This document shows positions 50,892-60,475 of a stretch of DNA of 64,000 nt, piece after piece. The notes under the pieces were generated by a model. It was not told where the DNA came from, did no database searches, and saw only the letters and a program-made list of their open reading frames with translations. The number at the start of each line of letters is the position of its first letter. Within the stretch, counting starts at the first letter, position 1. The stretch is from assembly GCA_963847705.1 (NCBI GenBank), contig CAWKBC010000014.1:264847-328846 (forward strand). Reading direction: 5' to 3'. This DNA comes from an uncultured Pseudomonadota bacterium. Lineage in GTDB: Bacteria > Myxococcota_A > Polyangia > Fen-1088. A program made the translations under genes and the position numbers.

Positions 50892-51356
50892 TCAGCGAAT
50901 GAACCGGTCCCCGATGGAGGTCGACGGTGGCGATGGGAAGGGGCCGCCCCTCCGCTGTGGGGATGGAAACAACCAGAACGCCAGGAGGCGGGTTACCCGT
51001 GGCATGATCACGTAGTTCAGCAACAGGACCTGTAAGACCGCGCCGATCGTGACCCGGATGAATCGTGGTGCAGCTTCGGCATGCCTGACCGTGGCGTCGC
51101 CAGCGACGATGCCATCGAGATCGACTTGCCATCGCTCACGTTGGCCCGACGCCTGCCACGCTCGCAGGTTCGCCAGTGAGTCGAAACGGACGATCGACAC
51201 GTACTCGTGCTCGGCGCTGTTGTGGACAACTTCGGTGCCTAGATAGCCCTCGGTGCCGTGGACCTGTTGCTGGAGGATCCTGAGCTGACGTTCGTAGTCG
51301 GCTTCACGTCCGGGAAGCACTCGTCGAGCCACGACCAGGGTGACCGGTCCAGTCAT
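50892..51356 (-). pseudogene. ABM (antibiotic biosynthesis monooxygenase)-domain membrane protein with apparent internal deletion
   Basis: PVTLVVARRVLPGREADYE, FDSLANLRAWQAS..R; abrupt join to LLNYVIMPRVTRLLAFWL. Confidence 0.55.
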
Positions 51357-51546
51357 ACTCGCCGCACACGGGCGCATACCGCCGTCCACTATCGTTACTG
51401 TCATGTCGTTGGTCAGGCACAGGAAGCATGAACTCGCTTGGGTCAAATCGACCCATAAGCCTTCGTTGTAAAGAGCGCTTTCTCGAAACGTAGGATCTCC
51501 CACATGCGCCGACGGGTGCGCACTCTCCCGGCCCAGGAGGGAGACG

Positions 51547-52785
51547 ATGGCTCAACCAAGCACGACAGGACAGGGGAGCAAGCAAGCACCGGACAAGGCG
51601 ACTAAGGACGCACTTCGTCCCTTTCAGGTGAACATTCCGGAGTCCGATCTCACCGAGCTCCGCCAGCGTATCAACAACACGAAGTGGCCCGAACGGGAAA
51701 CCGTCCCAGACGCAACCCAAGGCGTGCAGCTCGCGACGACTCAAGCGCTCGCCCGGTATTGGGGCACGGGATACGATTGGCGCGAATGCGAGGCGCGACT
51801 GAACGCCTTCCCGCAATTCATAACCGAGATCGATGGGCTGGATATCCACTTCATTCACGTGCGCTCGAAACATGAAAAGGCGCTGCCGATCATCGTCACG
51901 CACGGATGGCCCGGCTCGGTTGTCGAGCAGATGAAGATCATCGATCCCCTCACCAATCCCACGGCCCATGGGGGAAGTGCATCGGACGCGTTCGATGTGG
52001 TCGTCCCGTCGATGCCTGGATACGGGTTCTCGGGGAAGCCGACCGCGCCCGGCTGGGATCCCGACCACATCGCGCGCGCCTGGGTTACGCTGATGAAGCG
52101 TCTTGGGTACACGAAATTTGTGGCGCAAGGCGGTGACTGGAGTGCGGTCATCGTGGATACGATGGGGGTGCAGGCGGCTCCGGAGCTGCTCGGCATTCAC
52201 ACCAACATGCCTGGCGTCTTTCCAGCCGAGATTGACCAAGCAGCCGCTTCCGGAAAGCCGGCGCCATCCAGTCTTTCAGCTGATGAGAAGATCGCTTATG
52301 AGCGTCTGCAGTTCGTGTATCAAAAGGGAATCGCCTACGGATACCAGATGGGGCTACGCCCTCAGACGCTTTACGGAATCGCTGATTCCCCCGTCGGCCT
52401 GGCAGCGTATTTCTTGGATCACGACGCGCGCAGCTACCAGCTGATCACGCGCGTCTTTGCGGGAGGGTCCGAGGGACTCACCCCCGATGACATTCTGGAC
52501 AATATTACGATCACTTGGTTGACGAACACCGCCCTGTCCGGTGCCCGTCTCTATTGGGAGTATTGGGGCAAAGGCGGGTATTTCAATGCCAAAGGCGTCT
52601 CCATCCCGGTGGCTGTGAGCGTCTTCCCTGATGAGCTCTATCCCGCTCCTCGGAGCTGGACGGAACAGGCGTACCCCAAGCTCATTCATTTCAACACGCT
52701 CCCCAAGGGCGGGCACTTTGCGGCCTGGGAACAGCCGAAGCTTTTTTCAGAAGAGCTCCGCGCGGGCTTCAGATCGCTGCGGTAG
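51547..52785 (+). CDS. Epoxide hydrolase (microsomal type)
   Basis: YDWRECEARLN, HGWPGS, QGGDW, GGHFAAWEQP. Confidence 0.95.
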   Translation: MAQPSTTGQGSKQAPDKATKDALRPFQVNIPESDLTELRQRINNTKWPERETVPDATQGVQLATTQALARYWGTGYDWRECEARLNAFPQFITEIDGLDIHFIHVRSKHEKALPIIVTHGWPGSVVEQMKIIDPLTNPTAHGGSASDAFDVVVPSMPGYGFSGKPTAPGWDPDHIARAWVTLMKRLGYTKFVAQGGDWSAVIVDTMGVQAAPELLGIHTNMPGVFPAEIDQAAASGKPAPSSLSADEKIAYERLQFVYQKGIAYGYQMGLRPQTLYGIADSPVGLAAYFLDHDARSYQLITRVFAGGSEGLTPDDILDNITITWLTNTALSGARLYWEYWGKGGYFNAKGVSIPVAVSVFPDELYPAPRSWTEQAYPKLIHFNTLPKGGHFAAWEQPKLFSEELRAGFRSLR

Positions 52786-52815
52786 CGTCTGTCACAAGAG
52801 AGAAGGAGGTGCGCC

Positions 52816-53688
52816 ATGCCCGACCAATCGCAGTTCAGCATCGACCGCAGCCTTCCGGGTCGGTGGACGATCACCTTCAGCAACCCGCCGATCAATATGT
52901 TTGTTCCCACCACGATCGTCGAATTGGGAGCACTCATGACCGACCTCGAGGCGGACCCATCCGTGAAGGTCGTCGTGTTCCAGTCGGCGAATCCCGAGTT
53001 TTTCGTCGCCCACCTCGACGTGGCCAAGGCGGCCGAACGGCCGGAGGCGCTGGGCCTCTGGCGCGACTTCGTGCTGCGCCTGTCGTCCACGCCAGTCGTG
53101 AGCATCGCCAAGATTCGGGGCCGCACGCGCGGCATCGGCAACGAGCTCGTGCTGGCTTGCGACATGCGCTTCGCCAGCCGGCACAGTGCCCTGTTCGGCA
53201 ACCCCGAGGTCGGCGTCGGACTGGTCCCGGGCGGCGGAGCACTGGAATGGCTCCCGCGCCTGGTCGGCCGCTCGCGGGCACTCGAGATCGTCCTCAGCGG
53301 CGACGACTTCGATGCTGATATCGCCGAGCGCTATGGCTGGGTGAACCGCACGCTGGACGACGACGACCTCGATGCGTTTGTCGATGCGCTCGTCCGGCGT
53401 CTGGCCTCGTTCGACCGTGAAGTGCTGGCCGCAGCCAAGGCCCAACTCAATCGGTTCGGGACACCCTCAGCTGCCGAGCTCAAGTCGAGCAACGACCTCT
53501 TCTTCCCACTGCTGGCCTTGCCCGGCGCACAGGCCCGCCGGGCCAAGGTTCGCGATGCCGGGTACGGCGTTCCGAGCGACTTCGAATTGAACTTCGGCCG
53601 GTACCTCCCTGGATTCGGGCCGGCGGACGGCGATGATACGGATACGCATCCCGACACACGTGGTCAAAGTCCGCCAGCGTCCCATTAG
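52816..53688 (+). CDS. Enoyl-CoA hydratase/isomerase family protein
   Basis: ELVLACDMRFA, PEVGVGLVPGGG, AERYGWVNR. Confidence 0.92.
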   Translation: MPDQSQFSIDRSLPGRWTITFSNPPINMFVPTTIVELGALMTDLEADPSVKVVVFQSANPEFFVAHLDVAKAAERPEALGLWRDFVLRLSSTPVVSIAKIRGRTRGIGNELVLACDMRFASRHSALFGNPEVGVGLVPGGGALEWLPRLVGRSRALEIVLSGDDFDADIAERYGWVNRTLDDDDLDAFVDALVRRLASFDREVLAAAKAQLNRFGTPSAAELKSSNDLFFPLLALPGAQARRAKVRDAGYGVPSDFELNFGRYLPGFGPADGDDTDTHPDTRGQSPPASH

Positions 53689-53709
53689 TGGGCGAGGAGT
53701 GTCCGTTGG

Positions 53710-54657
53710 ATGAGCGCCATGACTTCCACGCCGACAGGCACGGACGCCAAGAAGGCTGCCACGTCCGGCAAGCTGTTCTTCTTGGACCTCGGCGCCGGGC
53801 GGGTACTGTCCGCAAACCCTGACGGTTCGGATCTGAAGACCATCATCAGCGAGGGTCGAAAGTTGCCCGATGGCCTGGCGCTGGACGTCGCTGCTGGGCA
53901 CATCTACTGGACCAATATGGGTGATCCCAAGAGGAATGATGGCTCGATCCTACGGTCGGATCTCAACGGCCAGAACATGGTCACCATCGTTCCGCCTGGC
54001 GCCACGTTCACGCCCAAGCAGCTCCAACTGGAGAAGAGGGCTGGAAAGCTGTACTGGTCCGACCGGGAAGGCATGCGCGTGATGCGGGCAAACCTGGACG
54101 GTTCGGAAATCGAAACTCTGGTGGATACGAGTGGGGGTGATTCGCGCCCGGGATCGGATCCGAGGAAATGGTGTGTCGGCGTTGCGGTCGACACTCACGG
54201 CGGCAAGTTTTATTGGACCCAGAAGGGTGGCAGCGACGCGGGTGTGGGTCGGATTTGTCGGGCCAATATCGAAATCCCACGAGGTCAGTCGGCCGAGAAC
54301 CGCCGGGACATTGAGCTCCTGTATGACAATCTTCCGGAGCCGATCGATCTGGACCTCGATCCCGTCAATCGGACGCTGTATTGGACCGACCGCGGGGACC
54401 CGCCGCGTGGCAATACGGTGAACCGTGCACCCATGGACCCGGAGGCCGAGGATGGCAAGGCGCCTCAGATCCTTGTCACCCATTTGATGGAAGGCATCGG
54501 ACTGGCCTTGGACCTGAAGGGCGGTCGAATGTTCATTACCGACTTTGCCGGCTCCGTCTACAGCGCCGATCTCGACGGGTCGAACCGGAGGACGTTGCTT
54601 ATTGCTGAAGGAAACCTCACCGGAATTGCATACGCAGAGGTGCCGTCTGGAAACTGA
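53710..54657 (+). CDS. YWTD (LDL-receptor class B-like) beta-propeller protein
   Basis: IYWTN, LYWSD, FYWTQ, LYWTD repeats. Confidence 0.85.
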   Translation: MSAMTSTPTGTDAKKAATSGKLFFLDLGAGRVLSANPDGSDLKTIISEGRKLPDGLALDVAAGHIYWTNMGDPKRNDGSILRSDLNGQNMVTIVPPGATFTPKQLQLEKRAGKLYWSDREGMRVMRANLDGSEIETLVDTSGGDSRPGSDPRKWCVGVAVDTHGGKFYWTQKGGSDAGVGRICRANIEIPRGQSAENRRDIELLYDNLPEPIDLDLDPVNRTLYWTDRGDPPRGNTVNRAPMDPEAEDGKAPQILVTHLMEGIGLALDLKGGRMFITDFAGSVYSADLDGSNRRTLLIAEGNLTGIAYAEVPSGN

Positions 54658-54748
54658 CCCCCGCGTGAGTGACCACGACACCGGCGACAAGGGCCGGGAG
54701 AACGCCAGGCCGCGCAAGCCGTCCGCCCACGCAGCCGACAATGGGTGA

Positions 54749-55657
54749 CTCGATCGGGGATCGGCCGATGCCACCGGACGGGGGGGCACGGGCGGTGGTA
54801 TGGGCGGCGCCGCCGGCGGCGGGCCCGTCCACGATGGTGGGGCCGGCGGAACTGCCAGCGAGACGACGACGACCGCCTGTCTGGAATCGGTCCAGGCTCA
54901 ATGCGAGCGAGAGGCCGCCTGCGAAGCGGTCGGTCTCGGCAGCTGCCTGGCTTACGGCGCGCTCTGTCCCGATTACTATTTCAACGCGGACTCGGCCCGC
55001 ACCGTGACCGGGCTCGTCAACTGCCTCCCTGCCATGAAGGCGCGGACCTGCACCGACCTCGTGATGGGGATCTTCCCTTCTTGCTACGTGTATGGCCGGC
55101 GACCGAGCGGCGCGGGCTGCGCCTATCCCAGCCAATGCGCAAGCGGCCTTTGCGGCCAGATGAACGCCTGCGCAACTTGCGGGGTCGGCGGTCTCACGAA
55201 CGGCTCGACCTGCACGACGACCAGCGAGTGCCAGACCGGGAGTTACTGCCAAGGTGGGACGTGCACCGACGCAAGCGCGATCGTGCACGCGTCCGAAGGG
55301 CAGCCCTGCAACCTGCAGGGGACGCCGGCGGTCGGGTGTGTCGGCGATCTCATCTGCGAGGAGACGTCACCGCCCAAGCCGCCGGGGACGTGCGTGGCTC
55401 CGCCCGGTGCCGGGCAACCCTGCGCGCTCGCTGGCTTCAGCGGGAACGTCTGCGCCGCCGGCAACACCTGCTCGACGCCCACGGGCGGAACGTGCATGGC
55501 GACCGTCGACGCGGGGACCTCGCCGCCGCCTCAGCCGGGAGGCGCTTGCACCACTCAGAATACCTGCCAAACTCCTTGGTCGTGCAAGTCGGGTACTTGC
55601 GAACCGCTCGGCTCCACCAGCTGTCCCGCAAACGCCCCGGACGGCGGCGCCACCTGA
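54749..55657 (+). CDS. Cys-rich (Dickkopf-like) protein, probably 5'-truncated
   Basis: Many C-x5-C-x4-C motifs; in-frame stop at 54746 and no signal peptide. Confidence 0.6.
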   Translation, partial: LDRGSADATGRGGTGGGMGGAAGGGPVHDGGAGGTASETTTTACLESVQAQCEREAACEAVGLGSCLAYGALCPDYYFNADSARTVTGLVNCLPAMKARTCTDLVMGIFPSCYVYGRRPSGAGCAYPSQCASGLCGQMNACATCGVGGLTNGSTCTTTSECQTGSYCQGGTCTDASAIVHASEGQPCNLQGTPAVGCVGDLICEETSPPKPPGTCVAPPGAGQPCALAGFSGNVCAAGNTCSTPTGGTCMATVDAGTSPPPQPGGACTTQNTCQTPWSCKSGTCEPLGSTSCPANAPDGGAT

Positions 55658-56177
55658 CAGTGAAGCTGGCCGCGCTGCTGCTCGCCGCCGCCGCGCTCGG
55701 CTGCGACACAACCACGACGGTATGCGGGGGCATCGCGACCTGTTACAGCACGCAGGCGTCTCGGTGCGGAAATGCGCAGGGCTGCACCTCGACGCCAGTT
55801 TGCATGACGGACCCTTCATTCGGACAGGATTGCGCGCTGGCTACGACTCAGGATGACTGCCTGGTCAACGTCACGGCCAAGTTCTGTGTCTGGTCGAACG
55901 GAGTGTGCAGCGGTCCTTGCACCCAGGCGCTGGACATGGCGACCTGTCAGAGCACGCCAACCTGCACCTGGTCGACTTGCTCTGGGACGCCGAAACCCTG
56001 CAGCGCCTATTCTGTTGCTTCCTGCCCGACCTCCGACGTCGGCGGCTGCTCGGTCATGACCTTTCAAAACGGCAGACTGTTCGAGTAGGGAAACGTCCTC
56101 TGTTGCGCAAGTCTGGTGCTTGCGAACCGCTCGGCTCCGCGAGCTGTCCCGCGAACGCCCCGGACGGGGCACCTGAC
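55584..56177 (+). repeat. ~70-75-bp imperfect direct repeat (55584-55658 and 56107-56177)
   Basis: gcaagtc..ttgcgaaccgctcggctcc..agctgtcccgc.aacgccccggacgg..cacctgac in both copies. Confidence 0.85.
55660..56088 (+). CDS. Small Cys-rich lipoprotein
   Basis: GTG start; MKLAALLLAAAALGC; many Cys. Confidence 0.75.
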   Translation: MKLAALLLAAAALGCDTTTTVCGGIATCYSTQASRCGNAQGCTSTPVCMTDPSFGQDCALATTQDDCLVNVTAKFCVWSNGVCSGPCTQALDMATCQSTPTCTWSTCSGTPKPCSAYSVASCPTSDVGGCSVMTFQNGRLFE

Positions 56178-56387
56178 CGCCGCAGAAAATCGGTGCGGGT
56201 CAAGCTGCCAGCGCAGTTGGCAGCGTCAGCGCCGGCGGGCTTGTCGAGAGGCATAGCGGTGATGAAGGCCCGCGAGGATCTGGACGCGTCAATTCGGGTC
56301 CCCGACGGTGGTCGGAGCGGGGCAAGGCGTCTGGCAGCATCGGGTGCCTACACGTCGAGACCACGATGGGGACGGCCGTCGTAGTAG

Positions 56388-56564
56388 CTGGCCAAGTACA
56401 AGCTCGTGACGCCACTCGCGACCGGAACATGGAAGGTTCCGCCGAACTTGATCGAGCTTCTACGTGAACGAGAGAAGACGCACCCAGTTCAACGTATTCG
56501 GGTCCAGCCTCTCGACCGCTCCGTCCAGGTGGTCCGGCCGCGCGGACCAACGCTCGATCGCTAG
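56388..56564 (+). pseudogene. Possible relaxase (DUF3363-like) C-terminal fragment
   Basis: LAKYKLVTPLATGTWKVPPNLIELLRERE...IRVQPLDRSVQV; weak resemblance only. Confidence 0.25.
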
Positions 56565-56702
56565 TCGGGCAACGGTCGCGACCGCACCCACGAGAACACG
56601 ATCAAGGAGCGCGGCAGTCGAACTATCGACGCCCGATATATTGGCCTTGGGTGCGCGGTCGATTGCTGCCCTCCGGATCGAAAAACGAAGGGAGCGTGCG
56701 AG

Positions 56703-57128
56703 ATGGACCAGAAGAGGCGGGGACCAGGACGGCCACGGAAGGCGGAAGCGTTCGACGGGCCGGTCATACTGACGGTCGGCAAGAACCGGGAGAAGCTGGA
56801 GATCGAGCTGACGACGGCGACCCGGCGCGAGCTCGACGAATATCTGACCTGGGTCGAACAGTGCGAGCCCACGGTGACGCCTGGCGAGCTGTGGTTCGCC
56901 ACTTTCGAGTACGCGATAACGGCCCTCTTCCAGAGTGACAAGAAGTGGCGCGAGCGACAGCGGCAGCCACGGGGAACCAAGGACCCGCTTGGTGACGCGC
57001 CATCCGTCACCCTCGCCGCCAAGCAACCAGCCGGTCCCGGAGTTGGCTCAGAAGCTCTTTCTCGCCCCGGCACCGCTGCCCCGTCCCTACCGCTTCCTTC
57101 TGGGCGAGATCAGAAGGCTACGGTGTGA
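56703..57128 (+). CDS. Hypothetical mobile-element protein with AT-hook-like GRPRK
   Basis: GGGAG RBS; RRGPGRPRK. Confidence 0.65.
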   Translation: MDQKRRGPGRPRKAEAFDGPVILTVGKNREKLEIELTTATRRELDEYLTWVEQCEPTVTPGELWFATFEYAITALFQSDKKWRERQRQPRGTKDPLGDAPSVTLAAKQPAGPGVGSEALSRPGTAAPSLPLPSGRDQKATV

Positions 57129-57186
57129 TCGCGAAAGGCAACGCGGGTCCAACCGAGCACAGGAAATTCGTCATCTGGAACTCGAC

Positions 57187-57825
57187 GTGATCTTGGACGA
57201 GTACTTACGCCAGATGATTCTGGACGTGGTGCGCGAGGAGCTGAGCGCGATCACTCGCCCCAGTTCGTTGCCGGCGAACGACAACGGTTACCCCGCCGAG
57301 GCACCGATGACGACCGCGGCGGCCGCGCGGTACTGCGGCTTCAAGAGCACGGCAGCCATCCGCAAAGCACTCCGCGACGGCCGACTCGTCCCGCTTGGCC
57401 GACGCGGAGGCACCGGCACGTATATGTGGTCGCGGAGTGCGCTCGACACGTTCTTGGCCGGTGCGCGCGGTGCTATCGTTCCGTCCGGACGTCCAGGTGC
57501 GCCTCCGGAGAACACTGGAGGACATCATGGAATCAGACGGCAAGTGGATCATGAGATGGAAGGTCGCAATAGCGCCGAAGCCGGTGAAACCCGGCGTCTG
57601 GCGCAGAAGGGAGGGAGGCTTCTTGGTTCGGGGTCGGGCCGTCGACCGTCGGACGGGGAAGCTACGCGAAATCATGAGGACCGTGGACAGAGGGGACGCC
57701 TGTGGGGCGTACCGGTTTCTGCAGGAGGAGCTCGCGAAGATCCAAAGCGGGGAAGGGCAGTCATCGGCGGAGAGGATCCGCTTCGGCGAATACGCCGCGT
57801 CGCTTTTCGAACGAAAGGTGACTAA
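57187..57825 (+). CDS. Excisionase-like HTH protein; its tail overlaps the integrase in another frame
   Basis: PMTTAAAARYCGFKSTAAIRKALRDGRLVP. Confidence 0.65.
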   Translation: MILDEYLRQMILDVVREELSAITRPSSLPANDNGYPAEAPMTTAAAARYCGFKSTAAIRKALRDGRLVPLGRRGGTGTYMWSRSALDTFLAGARGAIVPSGRPGAPPENTGGHHGIRRQVDHEMEGRNSAEAGETRRLAQKGGRLLGSGSGRRPSDGEATRNHEDRGQRGRLWGVPVSAGGAREDPKRGRAVIGGEDPLRRIRRVAFRTKGD

Positions 57826-58875
57826 GGGGAAGATCCGGTCGGCAAAGACGAGAGAGAAGTGGGAGTCCGTTCTGCGGCGCCACCTCATCCCCGCCTTTGG
57901 CGACTACTTCCTCGACGGTATTCGCCGGAAGGACATCGAGGCCTGGCTGGAGCGGATGGGGCAGGAGGTGCAGGCGAACAGGTATTCACCGACCACGGTG
58001 AACGGCTGGCTCGACCTGCTGCGGGTGATCATCACGAGCGCGGTATCGGAGTACGAGCTGCCACGCAACCCGATCGCCGGAATCGAGGACATCGACACCA
58101 GCACTCACTTCACTTACAGCGAGGAGCAACCGAACTCGCTGCTCGTCGAAGAGGTGCCGGTGTTCCTGGCCGGAATCCGACGACTGTTCCCGCAGCACTT
58201 CGCCATCGTGGCGCTGGGGTTCGCGACGGGGTTGAGGCCATCGAGCCTCAGACCGCTGCGGCGCCGGGGCCCTGAGGCCGATGTCCTGTGGGATCAGGGC
58301 GTGGTTCTCGTGCGGCGCTCGCATACGCGACGCGACGAGGTGATGGAAGCGACCAAGCAGAAGACCCGGTACCGGATCACCCTCCCCGACGACCTGATGG
58401 CAATCCTGCGGTGGCACGTCGATCGACTGCCGCCGGGGCCGATGCACGACTCGGATCTGCTCTTCCCGTCAGAGACGGGCGGGTTCCGGGCGGCGTCGGC
58501 CTTGGACAAGCCATTCAGGCTGGTCGGTGAGGCGATCAAGCTCAAGAAGCGACTCACCTCACGTGCGATGCGGCGGACCTTTCAGGACCTGGCCCGGAAC
58601 GCCGACATCGAAGCCATCGTCCGTCAGAAGATCTGCGGCCACGCCACGCAGGAGATTCCGAGCTCTACAGCACCGTCCCGCAGCGGGAGATCCAGGCGGC
58701 TGTCGGGGCGGTCATCTCGCTCGCAAAGTATCGCGAGCTGATGAGGGACAGTGCGTCGTGGTGGGAAAGTGGTGGGAAGAGCGGAAAAACCGAAACGGCC
58801 GCCCCGGAAAGCTCCGTAAGTGGCCGTTTTTCTGTGGGCGTTGTAGGGATTGAACCTACGGCTTCCACCGTGTGA
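57527..58875 (+). CDS. Tyrosine recombinase/integrase with one-base frameshift near 58656
   Basis: TGLRPS, RAMRRTF, CGH; catalytic Tyr (SELYSTV) lies in the shifted frame, which runs into the att site. Confidence 0.85.
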
Positions 58876-58876
58876 A
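58834..58876 (-). tRNA. tRNA-Val(CAC) 3' half only (att-site remnant)
   Basis: Minus strand TTCACAC-GGTGG-AAGCC-GTAGG-TTCAATC-CCTAC-AACGCCC-AC; 5' half absent. Confidence 0.8.
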
Positions 58877-59163
58877 GAGACCGAGATCGAGACGAGAAGT
58901 CAGGGGTTACGAGTAGTTAAACGTTACGACGAAGCACCGGACGACACCCAGAAGCATCCGTTCTAGGCACTTTTCTAGGCATATCGGATCTTCGAATAGG
59001 CACTTCCGTCCGATGGACGTACCACCGGCGGCCCAGCGCCAACCATCGAGACGACCAACTCGTACACATCCTCGATGCGACATGACTACTTCAGAACTCT
59101 GTCGCTCGAATTCCAAACGCCCGCATCCTCGCTGTATGGCGCCAGGAGCCGGCTCATGGGCAG

Positions 59164-59763
59164 TCACTGACAGCTCGGGTCTGTCGTGCAGAGAGAGATA
59201 TTGAAGCTGCAGCTGCCATAGCTGGCGACCACGAACGGCTGGCCGCCAGTGCAAGTGATCGTCACAGCCGAGGCGCCTGCGTCCGTTATCGTCGTCGTCC
59301 CGCTGCCAACGGCCCTCCCCGAAGGGTCGAAGTAGGTGTAAGGCCCATTAGGGACCACGGTCTCGGTGAAGCAGGTGCCGCTTGCGTTCGAGTACGTTTG
59401 CTCCTGATCTCCCGTGGCGTTGTCCGAGACGATCACCAGCTTCGTGTGGTTGGCGAAACAATAGGTAAACGTTCCAGACGTCGAGGATAACGTCATCGAT
59501 TTGGTGCACGGGCCAGCGGAGGTGGATGGGAAGCAGCCGGCGTTGAACAGGGTAGCCACGCAGGCGGGTACGTCACCGCATGTTCCGTTGCCACCGCCGG
59601 CACCCGTCATCGAGCTGCCGCCCTTGCCGCCGGCACCGGCGCCACCTGCACCTGCGCCACCTCCGCTTCCGCCTGTGCCCCCGTCCATCGAGGAGTTACT
59701 CGAGCTTCCACATCCCGCCAGGGCGAGGCTCAGAGCGAAAGGCAGGTACTTCAAGACCTTCAT
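59164..59763 (-). CDS. Gly-linker, Cys-rich lipoprotein
   Basis: MKVLKYLPFALSLALAGC. Confidence 0.8.
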   Translation of the reverse strand: MKVLKYLPFALSLALAGCGSSSNSSMDGGTGGSGGGAGAGGAGAGGKGGSSMTGAGGGNGTCGDVPACVATLFNAGCFPSTSAGPCTKSMTLSSTSGTFTYCFANHTKLVIVSDNATGDQEQTYSNASGTCFTETVVPNGPYTYFDPSGRAVGSGTTTITDAGASAVTITCTGGQPFVVASYGSCSFNISLCTTDPSCQ

Positions 59764-59988
59764 GTCTTCTCGGGAACTGGGCTGATCTCACCGATCTGGC
59801 GGCGCGTCGTCAAGAGATCTCGGGATGCCGGCGTGCGACCGCGCCAAACTGTGACCGCAGCGGCTCCGCAGGAGCGACCAACTCGACGCCTGTGTTTCGC
59901 CAAAACCCAGGCGAGCCCCCAAGCACCTCGATCCGCGTACTCGACCCCCCGCAGGGAAGAGGTCCACCTTCGGTGAAGAAAATTCAGT

Positions 59989-60031
59989 TGCGGTGGACGG
60001 GACTTGAACCCGCGGCCTCCGTCGTGACAGG
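59989..60031 (-). tRNA. tRNA-Asp(GTC) 3' half only (att-site remnant)
   Basis: Minus strand CTGTCAC-GACGG-AGGCC-GCGGG-TTCAAGT-CCCGT-CCACCGC-A; 5' half absent. Confidence 0.7.
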
Positions 60032-60170
60032 GGCGCATCCGGAGATCGCAGCGGGTAGCAATGGGTTGCAACTTGCTGAAAACATTCGAGTTAGCGCAAC
60101 GCATCGAGTTCAAGGATCGTCCCGATTGGCATCGATTTCTGAAAATTCACTCACAAATAGCTCACAAGGA

Positions 60171-60371
60171 TTTCTGGCCGTCGCGGAGGTGGCGAAGCGG
60201 CTGGGGGTGTGTCGGTCGACCGTGTACCAGCTTTGTGAGCGGGGGGAGTTGGGGCACGTGCGGGTGTCGAACGCCATTCGGGTGTCTGAAGACGCGATCA
60301 CCGAGTACGTCGCTGGGAGAATCAGGCCCGCGCCCCCTGCTCGAGCAAGAACTAGGCGAGAGTTGAGATAG
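60171..60371 (+). CDS. Excisionase-family HTH_17 protein (start uncertain)
   Basis: LAVAEVAKRLGVCRSTVYQLCERGELGHVRVSNAIRV. Confidence 0.8.
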   Translation, partial: FLAVAEVAKRLGVCRSTVYQLCERGELGHVRVSNAIRVSEDAITEYVAGRIRPAPPARARTRRELR

Positions 60372-60475
60372 GAACCAGGCTGGAGCTGGCGAGGCCTTCG
60401 AAGTAACCATTCCGATTCAGAGACTGTCCGGCTCTATCCTGGTAACAGGATCCTCTGCTACGAAGGCGGTGGTTC

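Noticed and set aside
55584-56177. Repeat pair as DGR template/variable repeats
   Set aside because: Differences are not confined to adenines and no reverse transcriptase is present
58834-60031. Functional tRNA genes
   Set aside because: Both lack the 5' acceptor strand and D-arm
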